Assembly (NCBI RefSeq): GCF_009914755.1
Contig: NC_060929.1
Direction: 5' to 3' (one strand)
From: the human T2T-CHM13v2.0 reference genome, Homo sapiens
DNA: 64,000 nt
A program made the translations under genes and the position numbers. Within the stretch, counting starts at the first letter, position 1, and each line of letters starts with the position of its first letter. Positions 1 to 14,799 of the stretch are shown one piece after another. Under the pieces are notes generated by a model. That model was given only the letters and a program-made list of their open reading frames with translations, did no database searches and had not been told where the DNA came from.

Positions 1-760
1 ATGCGCAATTGAAGTTCATATCAATTTTATGGTGTTTATGTACTCTTTCTAAAATCAATCTGACTGTGATCTTTAACCATCCTCACCCCTACATCCGATT
101 AAATTATTTAATTGCCTTTGAAGTCCCAGCCAAGTTACTGATAAAACTTTTAAGACCCATATGAACTGGTCTAGTTTTATTTTTCTATTCCTAGAGTATT
201 TCTTGCTTCCTTTCAGCTAACTAACTGCCCCCAAGTTATCAAGTTTACATTTAGATAGGACTTCTTCCAGGAAGCCTTCCTGCATGAATCGAGTCTAGAT
301 TTCATTCTCTTCTTGGTTGTATCATAGCACTTTGTACTCCCCACATCAAACACTTTGTGTCTTTAACAGCTCCTTGCAAACAATGATCAAGTGAGTCTTA
401 TTCTTCATTGTATCCCCAGAGCCTAGAACCTAGTTTTCAAGTAAAATTTCAATAATAAATTTTGACTAAAAGAATAAGTTTTGTTTTCTCACTCCATTAT
501 TTGTGTATTTGTCAGAATATAATACAATAATAAGAAATCAGAAAATATACAAAATCTGAAAGAAGGCCACTCATAGACCTATCTCCTCCAAAGCTGTTCA
601 CTTGTGAAAATATATGTTGGCATGTAATTTTTCCAACTTTTTCTGGGCATAGATAACTTAGGCTGTAATACATTATATAATATGTTATCAAGGATTTTCA
701 TCAATACTTAGAGCTAGTCTGCTTAGGTTAACATCTGCCTTTATAAAAATAAAACCATCA

Positions 761-1046
<286 letters not shown>

Positions 1047-1144
1047 TGATCAGAACATAGTAAACATACTAAATCTCCCCCATTCTCACCCTGTGCTTCT
1101 TTGCTTTTGAAAATTAATATGATCTAGTAGAAAGAAATTAATAT

Positions 1145-1300
1145 GAATCTGCCTCCACCTCTTCTGGGCTGTTATTTAATGCTCCTGAACTTCAATTTTC
1201 CCAACTGTAAAATGGGATTAATAATACCTACTTAAAAGGTTTTTGTGTGGATAATAAGAAATGACAACTGTATAGCATAGGTTTGTAGTTCAATAATATT
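1145..1300 (+). mobile_element. MIR SINE fragment
   Basis: MIR core-like TTTAATGCTCCTGAACTTCAATTTTCCCAACTGTAAAATGGGATTAATAATACCTAC. Confidence 0.7.
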
Positions 1301-2129
1301 GAATGCTAGAAAGTCCCTGGGAGAATTGGAAAGAACAAATACCACCTGTTTTAGCAGAAAAAAAGATCAATCACAGCATCCCTTCTAGAGTGCAGTTTCA
1401 TAAGTGTGTGAGAGTCAAAGCCAGACGGAAAGAACTGAAAAGAAATTGTAGATCAACTGTAGATCATAAAAGCTGACCACTCCTCAGAATAATTTCACAA
1501 AGAAAGAAGAGAAATTTATGGTATCTAGAGGGGGCAGCAAAGTCAAGTGAAAGTTCTTCAAGTTAAGTGATGGCAAAAAAAGTCAGTGGCAAGGAAGAGC
1601 GAACATGTGAGAAAAACATGTCACATGGGAGGCAAGTGCTCAGAAGTAGAGAACATCTAAGTGCAGGTATAGGCATTACACTTAGTAGCTGGACTTTATC
1701 ATTAGAAGGATGCATTTTCCTTGAGGGACTTGAGGAAGCTCAGATTAAAATGAATACAATTTGATATTTTTAAGACCTATATTTCATTTCTTCTCAGGGA
1801 GATAGATAATTCTATAAAAATGTACTATGAAATTAAGATGAGGCAGCATTAATTATTGAAAGGAATTTGAAGGAATATATGCCAATGTTTCAGGTTACTG
1901 GCAATTAGCCACTATATTATCTTTACATATTTTATCATTGGTTAAGTTCCAGAAATACTTGGCAACCAGATTTGAAGTAATTGATTGTATCCACCTCAAA
2001 ATCATTGTTAATTTTGTCAGAAGTTCAAGAGAAATCAAGGACTAATTTATTTCAAGAAATTTGGTGCAATAGAAACCTGGAAAATGTCATACTTCAAACA
2101 AGACACCAAGTGTTTTGGTGCCTTTTTTT

Positions 2130-2725
2130 TCTTCACTCAACTTGTATTTTGTGCCAGGCATTGTTTTAAGTTCTCAAAGTTTATTGTTGAGCAAGATGGA
2201 CAAAGTTTCTGCTTTCATGGAGTTTATTCTTTAAACAAGGAAACCTGAAAGGACAGAAGTAAATAAGTACAACATCATCTCATGAAAAGTACCCTGAAAA
2301 GCAAAGCTGGCAAATGTGGGTACAGAGGGCATGTGGGGTGGGTGGCAATGCCTTTGTCAGCCTGGTCTGGGAAGTCCTCTTTGACTAGTGGACATTTGAG
2401 CTGACGCCTGACTGGCACAAATCAGAGTCATGGGGAATTCAGAAAGTACTGTCTTCTAATTCTTCACCGAATTCCCAGGCTTGACGTAGAAAGATAAAGG
2501 CCATGAAAAGCCAAGCTACATGAAAGGAAGGCCAGTGTAGTTGAGGCAAAAGAAAGCAAGAGTATGAAGCAAGGTGAGTCTAGGAATTAGTCAGCACGGC
2601 TTGCAGAATAGGGTAATGAGTCGGGATTGATTGCTAGTGCAACGAGATGTCATTGCAGGGTTCATCAAAAGTATGATCTGACTTGTATTTTACAAAAATT
2701 ATTCTGGATAGTGTGTGCAGAATAC
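2130..2725 (-). mobile_element. L2 LINE 3' fragment
   Basis: TGTGCCAGGCATTGTTTTAAG...CTGCTTTCATGGAGTTTATTC and downstream GACATTTGAGCTGA, typical of the antisense L2 3' end. Confidence 0.65.
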
Positions 2726-2859
2726 GTAATGTAATTGATCATGATACTAGTTATTACTACTGGCTGTAAGACTATAAAATGCAATTCAATGGTATCCTAT
2801 TTGGAGAAGATCTCAACAAGATTTTGATGAAAGAGGACTTGAGTGATCTCTAGTTTCTT

Positions 2860-3050
2860 CAAGCCTTTATTTTACAGATGAGGAAGTTAAGGAAGTTAAG
2901 GTCTATAGATGAAATAATACACAAAATCATCCAATATATAAGATACAAGGGGATTTTATGTATTGGATGATCTTGTGTATATGTTGTTGATCTTGAAATA
3001 ATATGCAAGATCATCCAATCAGTTATTGGCTGAGCCAGGATTAGAATATA
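2860..3050 (-). mobile_element. MIR fragment with internal rearrangement
   Basis: TTTTACAGATGAGGAAGTTAAGG...CAAGATCATCCAATCAGTTATTGGCTGAGCCAGGATTAGAA matches the MIR core. Confidence 0.65.
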
Positions 3051-3103
3051 TTCCTTATCCATTTTGTTCTTTTCATGATACCTTATCTTTTCATTTGGCT
3101 TTG

Positions 3104-3104
<1 letters not shown>

Positions 3105-3140
<36 letters not shown>
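3105..3140. repeat. (CA)n microsatellite
   Basis: About 18 uninterrupted CA units. Confidence 0.98.
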
Positions 3141-3148
<8 letters not shown>

Positions 3149-3561
3149 GAGGGGGAGAGAGAGAAAGAGAAGACACTAGCTGTGAATCATTTTAGTGCCT
3201 ATCCCAGAAAGCCTAGAAACTGTTGCTTGAAGTGTGTTCCACAGACCATTTACACCAGAATCACTCAGGTTATTTGTTTAGATGTAGTACTGACACAGAA
3301 TCACAGAATCTCTGGGAATTGCACTTTGAAGAAGGAAAAACTGGAAACGTTCACGAGCTGTCCAGTTTTCAAGATGAAACACCTGTTATTACCAATCTTC
3401 AGCAACTTTGATTGAGCTTTCTCTACTGGACACTTTTCCAACATGCAAAAAAAGAGTCTACTCATTTCATTTCTATTTCCTATGCACTCTTAATACAGCT
3501 TAGACTGATTGTCTTAAAAAAAAAAAAGAAAAGAAAAAAAAAGAAGTCATTTTGTGAATGA

Positions 3562-6237
<2,676 letters not shown>

Positions 6238-6239
<2 letters not shown>

Positions 6240-6551
6240 CTTAAATCCCCAATGCAACAGTATTAAGAGGTGGGGCCTTTAGGAGGTGATTAAGTCATGA
6301 GGGCAGAGCCCTCATGAATGGGATAAGCAACTTTATAAAAGGGCTGGAGGGAATTAGCTAGGCTCGTTTGTCCTTCTGCCTTCCACCATGTAAAGACAAT
6401 GCATCCCTTCCAGAGAAAGCAGTACTCAAGGCACCATCTTGAAAGCAGAGACCAGGCCCTTAGCAGACACTGAACCTGTCAACATCTTGATGATTTTGGA
6501 CTTCTTACACTCTAGACCAATAAGAAAATAAATTTCTCTTCTTTATAAACT
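6238..6551 (+). mobile_element. MaLR LTR fragment (MSTD/MSTC-like) carried as an L1 3' transduction
   Basis: AAATCCCCAATGCAACAGTATTAAGAGGTGGGGCCTTTAGGAGGTGATT... is MST LTR sequence lacking both termini; AATAAA at 6527-6532, poly(A) 6552-6570, then the L1 TSD GAAAATTGCCCTCAA (3560-3574 = 6571-6585). Confidence 0.9.
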
Positions 6552-7657
6552 AAAAAAAAAAAAAAAAAAAGAAAATTGCCCTCAAACCCTCAAATCCTGT
6601 ATTGTCCTATGGGTAAACCCATAAATTTAAGATAGTGGCTGATCTAATTACTGATAACCTGTCATCCAGGTAACAAGAAATTAGAAATGCTGATTAGGAA
6701 GGAGGGGGAAATGCAATATAATTTAGAACAGTTTTCATCAAAAAATGATTATTTAAGCAGTAAGATTTGGTATATGCAAAATTCATTTATATAAAACATC
6801 ACATTTGCCTGAGGATAGTGTATAAGTAAAGGGTTATCGCTAAGGCTTGTCTGTTATCATTGGAGAAACATGCCTATTTGAAATTGTATTTGCTGTTTAC
6901 TTGCTATAATTTCCATGTTTGTAAATAAGGAATCTTGTTATGTACATTGTAACATTTGTTTTATTCTTGTTTCCCAAACCAGTAGCCAGTGGTTAGATGA
7001 CTCTAAGGATGGAGCAGCAAACTTTGGGGGAATAGTTTTTGAAAGACATTAATGCAGTAACAGCAAACATTATTACTTATTGAACATTTACTTTATGCTA
7101 GATGCATAATATCAACTTTATATGCATTATCTAATTTAATCTTCTCAACCTACCATTTTTCAAGCAAAAAAAAAAATCCACTACCATTTTATTCAGCATT
7201 CTCTCATATTAGAAAGTTAATCTCAGTCCCCTGAGCAGTAGAGAAATTTATTCAGGTTTCTGGGTGAGGATGTGATCTATGAGAATTTTGAAGAGCATGA
7301 AAATCTCTGACACAGAGGTTACAACTAAAAGCATCACAGCCTAAACAACTCTAAAAATATTGTCTCAGAAATAGCAAAATCATAAAGAACATGGAGCTCT
7401 ATTTTATCACCTTAGCCTGGCTTTTTTATCTAACTCTAGTGATTTGACATCGTTGCTGTAGTGAAACGTAATACTAATTTCAGGGATATGATGTAGGAAA
7501 GACTAAAATACAGAAAATTTGGTATCGTGTTTTATATTAGTTTAAAGTATTATGAATTGCTTATGTAAGCAATTACAAATTTAAAAATTACCTTTTTAAA
7601 TTTGGTATAATGATCATAGTAAGTGTGTTTTCTATGTATGTGTAAAACTACATATTA

Positions 7658-7931
<274 letters not shown>

Positions 7932-8014
7932 TTAACATAATTAATTAATAACTTAGCCTATACTTTTCCATTTATTTTTAATTTATTCTAATGTAATTTA
8001 AAAATGTACAATTT

Positions 8015-9217
8015 GGCCCAGATGAGGATTAGATAGATCCCAGCACAAGGTGAACTTCTCTCTTGCTTCCCAGGTTGTACTCAGGAAACTTACCAGGTCT
8101 GATAATTTTATGAATCCAACCCCTTGAACAGTACAGATATGGTTAAAAACAAAAACAAAACAAGTCTAGGGTGATAGGTCTGAAGTAACCCTTTCTTCTC
8201 CTTCCACCATTAGTCTGTAATCTCCAAGTACCCAGAGACAGCATTCTTAGGTTTCTAGCACTCTCTAAAGAGGCTTGGGTAAGGCATGAAAAAGAGCAAC
8301 GACTAATAGAGGTGAGGAGGGCACCCAATGGGGACCCAATACCAAATCAGTCCAGAAAACATAAATGCCATACAATGCCAGCAGAGATGAACGAAGACAA
8401 TTCAGTCAATGACAGCCAATTTAAATGAGAATGACTAAGGTTTGAATGTCTCCTCCCTGTCAGGACTGAACAAGGAATGAGAAAAAAACAAAAAGTCACT
8501 TTCCAGTGTCCAGTTTCCTAATGAAACTCTTTAAAGTGGATTCAGATGTCACTTCCATTTGTTGAAGAATGCAGGTTCTCACTGTGTAGTCCAGGCTGGA
8601 GTGCAGTGGTGCAGTCATAACTTATCACAGTCTCAAAATCCTAGGCTCAAGTTACCTTTGCCCTTCCCAAGTAGCTAGGACTACAAAAGCAGCATCTACA
8701 GCTTTCAGAAAGGCACAGCAAGAACAAAAGATCTCTTTCTAGAACATGGTTAAAGAAAATATAAAATACTTACCTGACTAGAGATGAAGGCCCTCAAACC
8801 AGCAGGTGAAGAGATATTCTCCAACACCACTTCCATGCCAATCTTCACCTTCTCCAGGGTAGGGAGAATACCCTTTGGTGGAAACCCAGAACACTCACAG
8901 CCACAGACACAGAAAAAGAAGATGGCTTATTTCACATATAACCCCTAGAGGGAATCTATGGTCTACCTATCTGGAAAAATCGAAAGGAAGTTTGGAGTTG
9001 ATGATGTTTGAACCAAACTTTTTGACAGCTGAGTAAAGGACAGTTAGATACACATGTCTTACAGAATTCCAATTATTACTGAAGATCTGATACTTTTCCA
9101 GCCAAACTGAAGTATATATACTTAGTTATACATGGTTATCTATTTTATGATTACAATGCATTCAATAAAAACTGTTGACAGTGCATGGTTTCAAAGTCTT
9201 TCACATGTCAAAAATGT
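8015..9217 (+). pseudogene. Probable processed retrocopy of an unidentified spliced transcript containing an Alu-derived exon
   Basis: Flanked by a 16/18 direct repeat TTTAAAAA(TG/AT)TACAATTT (7997-8014, 9218-9235) with an L1 endonuclease-like TT/AAAA site; AATAAA at 9164-9169; GC higher than the flanks; internal antisense Alu piece cut at canonical exonisation boundaries. Parent gene not recognised. Confidence 0.5.
8575..8686 (-). mobile_element. Alu right-arm fragment (AluJ/FRAM-like), antisense, with no tail or TSD
   Basis: GTTCTCACTGTGTAGTCCAGGCTGGAGTGCAGTGGTGCAGTCAT...CCCAAGTAGCTAGGACTACA. Confidence 0.85.
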
Positions 9218-9423
9218 TTTAAAAAATTACAATTTACCTAATTAACTTACAAAATATGTAATTCTAGATAAAATATAAAACAACAATAAAACAAAACACA
9301 CAAATAAAATCATTTTTCAACTTGGAAAAGAAAAGAAAATCTTCAGGTGCCAGATTAAGAGGGAACTCATAGAGCAAAGTGTTAGAGTTGTAGCTTGAGA
9401 GATTATAGAGGAATCAGATCAAA

Positions 9424-10427
9424 GTTTTCTTCTAGGGTTCTTATGGTTTTGGGCTTTACATTGAAGTCTCTAATCCATCATGAGTTGAATTTTGTATATG
9501 GTGGAAGGAGAGGGTCCAGTTTCAATTTTCTGCATATGACTAGCCAGTTCTCCCAGCACCATTTATTAAGTAGGGAATCCTTTCCCCATTGCTTGTTTTT
9601 GTCAGGTTTGTCGAAGATCAGATGTTTGTAGGTGTATGATCTTATGTCTGGGTTCTCTTTTATGTTCCATTGGCCTATGTGTCTGGCATGGGCAAAGATT
9701 TCATGACAAAGATGCCAAAAGCAATTGCAATAAAAGCAAAATTTTGCAAATAAGACCTAATTAAACTAAAGAGCTTCTGCACAGCAAAAGAAACTATCAA
9801 CAGAGCAAACAGACAACCCACAGAATGGGAGAAAACTTTTGCAATCTATTCATCTGACAAAGGTCTCATATTCAGCATCTGTAACAAACAAATTTACAAG
9901 AAAAAAATAACAACCCCATTAAAAAATGGGCAAAGGACATGGACAGACACTTCTCAAAGGAAGACATACATGCAGCCAACAAACATTTAAAAAAGCTCAC
10001 TGTCACTGATCATTAGAGAAATGCAAATTAAAACCACAATGAGATAACATCTCATACAGTCAGAATGGCCGTTATTGAAAAGTCAAAAAATAACACATGC
10101 TGGTGCGGTTGTGAAGAAAAAGGAATGCTTACACATTGTTGGTGGGAGTGTAAATTAGTTCAACCCTGTGGAAAGCAGTTTGGCAATTCCTCAAAGATCC
10201 AGATATAGAACTACCATTCAACCTTGGAATCCCATTACTGAGTATGTACCCAAAGAAATATAAATTGTTCCATCATAAAGACACATGCAAGTATATGTTC
10301 TTTGCATCACTATTCACAATAGTGAAGATAAGAAATCAAACAAGTGTCCATCAGTATAGACTGAATAAAGAAAATGTGTTACATATATCCCAGGGAATGC
10401 TATGCAGATATTAAAAAGAACAAGATC
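9424..10427 (+). mobile_element. LINE-1 (older L1PA) with 5' inversion: 9424-9684 inverted, 9685-10427 sense; 3' end missing
   Basis: 9424-9684 is reverse-complement ORF2 ending at AACCCTAGAAGAAAAC; the sense segment resumes ~25 nt further along the consensus at GGCATGGGCAAAGATTTC. Confidence 0.9.
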
Positions 10428-10502
10428 CGTGGGGCATGGTGGCTCACACTTGTAATCCCAGCACTTTGGGAAGCCAAAGTGGGCAGATCACAAGGTCAAG
10501 AG
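10428..10502 (+). mobile_element. Alu 5' fragment (~75 nt, AluSc-like)
   Basis: GGGCATGGTGGCTCACACTTGTAATCCCAGCACTTTGGGAAGCC...GATCACAAGGTCAAGAG, then an abrupt switch to L1 ORF1. Confidence 0.85.
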
Positions 10503-10503
10503 G

Positions 10504-13500
10504 TATTTTTAACATTCTTAAAGAAAAAAAAATTCAAGTGAGAATTTTATATCCTGTCAAACCAAGCTTCATAAGCAAAGCTGAAATAAAATTGTTTCCA
10601 TACAAGCAAGCACTAAGGGCATTTATTACCACTGGACCAGTCTTACAAGAAATCCTTAAGGGAGTTCTAAATATGGAAACAAAAGAATGACACCTGCTAC
10701 CAGAAAACCACTTAATTACATAGCCCATGGGACCTATCAAATAACCACACAATAGAAAGTACAAAGCAACAACTAATAACTTCACAATAAGATCAAAACC
10801 TCACATATCAAGATTAACCTTGAATGTAAACAGTCTACACCCCCTACTTAAAAGATACAGAGTAATAAGTTGGATTTAAAAAAAATACCTACCTTTTGCT
10901 GCCTTCAAAAGACCCATCTCACACAGGATGACACCCGCAGACTTAAAGTAAGGGGTTGGAGAAAGATCTATCACAAAAACAGAAAACAAAAAAGAGGAAG
11001 AGTCCCTATTCTTACATCAGATAAAACAGACTGTAAGCCAGCAAAAGTAAAAAATGACAAAGAAAGGCACTAAATAATGATTAAAGCATTCAATTCAACA
11101 AGACTTAACTATCCTAAATATGTACACACACAAAATGGAGCACCCAGATTAATAAAACAAGTAGTTCTAGACCTACAAAAAGACTCAGACGATTGTAGTG
11201 GGGGACTTCAACACCCACTGACAGCATTTGACACATCTTGGAGATAGGAAACTAACAAAAGGGTTCTGGACTTAAATTTGATCCTTGACCAATTGGATCT
11301 AATAGACATCTACAGAATACTCCACTCATTAACCACAGAATATACTTTCTTCTCATCTGCATACATAACATACTCAATCACCTGCTTGGTTATAAAGCAA
11401 GTCTCAGTCAACTCAAAAAACTTGAAATCATATCAACCATACTCTCAGACTACAGTCATATAAAAATAGAAATAAATACCAAGAACTTACCTCAGTATCA
11501 CACAATAACATAGAAATTAAACAACTTACTCCTGAATGATTTTTGAGGAAACAATAAAATTAAGTAACAAATCAATAAATCCTTTGAAATAAATGAAAAC
11601 AGAGATACGACATACAAGAATCTCTGGGATATAGCAAAAACAGTGTTAAGAGGAAAGTTTATAGCACTAAACACCTACCTCGAAAAGTTAGAAAGCTCTC
11701 AAATTAACAATCTCACATCAAAACTAGAGGAACTAGAAAAACAGGAACCAACTAACCCCAAAGCTAGCAGAAGAAAAGAAATAACTAAACTCAGAGCAGA
11801 ACTGAATGAAATTGAAAGGAAAAGTCCACACAAAGAATCAATGAAACCGAAGTTTGTTCTTTGGCAGAATAAACAAGATCAATAGGCCATTTGCTAGATT
11901 AGCAGAAAAAAAAGAGAAGATTCAAATAAGCTCAACCTGAAATGACAAGGGTAACATTACAACCCATCTCACAGAAATATGAAAGATCTTCACAGATTAT
12001 TATGAACCCCTCTATGCACACAAACGGAAAAATCTAGAAGAAATGGATGAATTCTGGAAACACACAATCTCCCAAGCTTCAACCAAGAAGAAATTGAAAT
12101 CCTAAACAGTCCAATATCAAGTTGCAAAATTGAATCAGTAATTTAAAAAACCCTACCAGAAAAAAAAAAAAACCCTAGGCCAAATAGAGTCAGAGCCAAA
12201 TTCTACCAAACATACAAAAAGAGCTGGTACAAATTCTACTGGAACTATTCCAAAAAGTTGAGGATAAGAGACTCCTGCCTAACTCATTTTATGTGGCAAA
12301 CATCATGCTGATACCAAAACCCGGCAAAGATCACAAAAAAAGAGAAAACTACAGGTCAATATTCCTTATAAACAGAGACACAAAAATCCTCAACAAAATA
12401 CTAGCAAACCAAATCAAACAGCACATCAAACAGTTAATTCACCATGATCAACTTGGTTTCATTCCTGGGATGCAAAGTTGATTCAACATATGTATATCAA
12501 TAAATATGACTTACCATTTAAACAGAATTAAAAACAAAAACCATATGATCATCTCAGTAGATGCAGCAAGAGCTTTTGATAAAATTCAAGATCCTTTCAT
12601 GATAAAAACCCTCAAGAGACTAGGCATAGAAGGAACATGTCGCAAAATAATAAGAGCCATCTATGACAAACTCATAGCCAACATCATACTGAATGGGAAA
12701 AAGCTGGAAGCATGCCCCTTGAGAACTAGAACAAAACAAGGATCCCTACTCTTCCACTCCTGTGCAACATAGTACTGGAAATCTAAGCTAGAGCAATCAG
12801 GCATGAGAAAGAAATAAAAGGCATCTAAATAGGAAAAGAAGAAATGAATGCATTTTTTCTTCACTGACAATGCGATTCTGTACCTAGGAAGCCCTAAAGA
12901 CTCCACCAAAATGCTACTGGAACTGGTAAACAATTTTGGCAAAGTTTCAGGATACAAAATCAATGTACAAAGTCAGTAGCATTTCTATACACCAACAGCA
13001 TCCAAAAATGCAATTCTATTAAAATATACAATTCCATTTAAAGTAACCACAGAAAATAAAACAAAATACCTAAGAATACATCTAACCAAAGTGGTGAAAG
13101 ATCTCCACAAAGAGAACTGAAAAACACTGCTGAAATAAATCGTACACAACACAAACAAATAGAAAAATATTCTATGCTCATGAATTGGAAGAATCAAGAT
13201 TGCTAAAATGGCCATACTGCTCAAAGCAATCAACAGATTCAATGCCATTTCTATCAAATTCCAAGGTCATTTTTCACAGAACTAGGAAAAAAAAAAGTTC
13301 TACAATTCATATGGAACCAAAAAAAGAGCTTCAAAAGCCAAAATAATGATAAGCAAAAAGAACAAATCTGGAGGCATCACATTACCTGACTTCAAACTAT
13401 ACTATCAGGCCACAGTAACAAAAACAGCATGATACTGGTACAAAAACACCCATAGACCAATGGAACAGAATAGAAAGCCACAGAAATAAAGCTGCAAACA

Positions 13501-14790
13501 CACAGCCATCTAATTTTGACAAAACAGACAAAAATAAGCTATGGGGAAATAACTTCCTGTTCAATAAATGGTTCTGGGATAGATGGCTAGCCATATGCAG
13601 AAGAAACCAGACCCCAACATTTCATCATATAGTAAAGTTATCTCAAGACAGATTAAAGATTTAAATGTAAGACCTCAGACTTCAAAATTCTGGTAGAAAA
13701 CCTAAGAAACATTATTGTGGACATATGCCTTGGGGAAGAATTTATTACTAGGTCCTCAAAAGTAATTGCAACAAAAACCAAAATTGGCAAGTGGGACCCA
13801 AATAAACTAAAGAGCTTCTGCACAGTAAAAGAAACTATCAATGGAGTAAACAGCTTACAGAATGGGAGAAAATACTTACAAGCTATACATCTGTCAAAGG
13901 CCTAATATTCAGAATATATAAGGAACTTAAACAATTCAACAAGCAAAAAACAAATAACCCCATTGAAGAGTGGAAGAGGACATAAACAGACACTTCTTAA
14001 AAAAAAACATACAAGCAACCACCAAAGATATGAAAAATGATTAACATCACTAATCATCAGAGAAATGCAAATCAAAACCACAATGAGATACCATCTCACA
14101 CCAGTCTGAATGGCTACTATTAAAAAGTCAAAAAACAACAGATGCAGGTGAAGCTGCAGAGAAAAGGGAATGCTTATATATTATTGGTGGGAATATAAAT
14201 TAGTTCAAGCACTGTAGAAAGCCGTTGGGAAGCTTCTCAAAGAACTTAACACAAAAGTACATTCAACCCAGCAATCCTATTACTGGATGTATATCCAAAG
14301 GAAAATAAATGACTCTACCAAAAAGACACATGCATGTGTATGTTAATTACAGCACTGTTCACAGTAGCAAAGATATAGAATCAATCTAGGACCATCAGTG
14401 GTGAACTGGACAAAGAAAATGTGGTACATATACATCAGGGAATCGATGCAGCTATAAAAAAGAATGGAATCATGTCCTTCGCAACAATATGGGTGCAGCT
14501 GGAGGACTTATCCTCAGTGAATTAACATAGGAACAGAAAACCAAATACCACATGTTCTCAGTTATAAGTGAGAGCTAAATATTGGGTACACATTGACATA
14601 AAGATAACAACAGCAGACACTGGGGACTACTAGAGGAGGGAGGAAGGGGGACAAGAGTTAAACTATTGGGTAGCGTGTCCACTATCTGGGTGTTGGGAGT
14701 AATCATACCCCAAACCTCAGTATCATGCAATATACCCATGTAACAAATCTGCACATGTATCCCCTGGATCTAAAATAAAAGTTGAAATTA
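10504..14790 (+). mobile_element. LINE-1, L1PB3/L1PB4-like; end of ORF1, decayed ORF2 and 3' UTR
   Basis: ORF1 C-terminus (RILYPVKPSF..ITTGPVLQEILKGVL), endonuclease (CCLQKTHL) and RT fragments; 3' end AAACCTCAGTATCATGCAATATACCCATG...CTAAAATAAAAGTTGAAATT. Confidence 0.9.
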
Positions 14791-14799
14791 TAGGAACAG

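Noticed and set aside
2859-3415. ORFs with CVCVCV / HTHTHT tracts
   Set aside because: These are translations of the (CA)n microsatellite.
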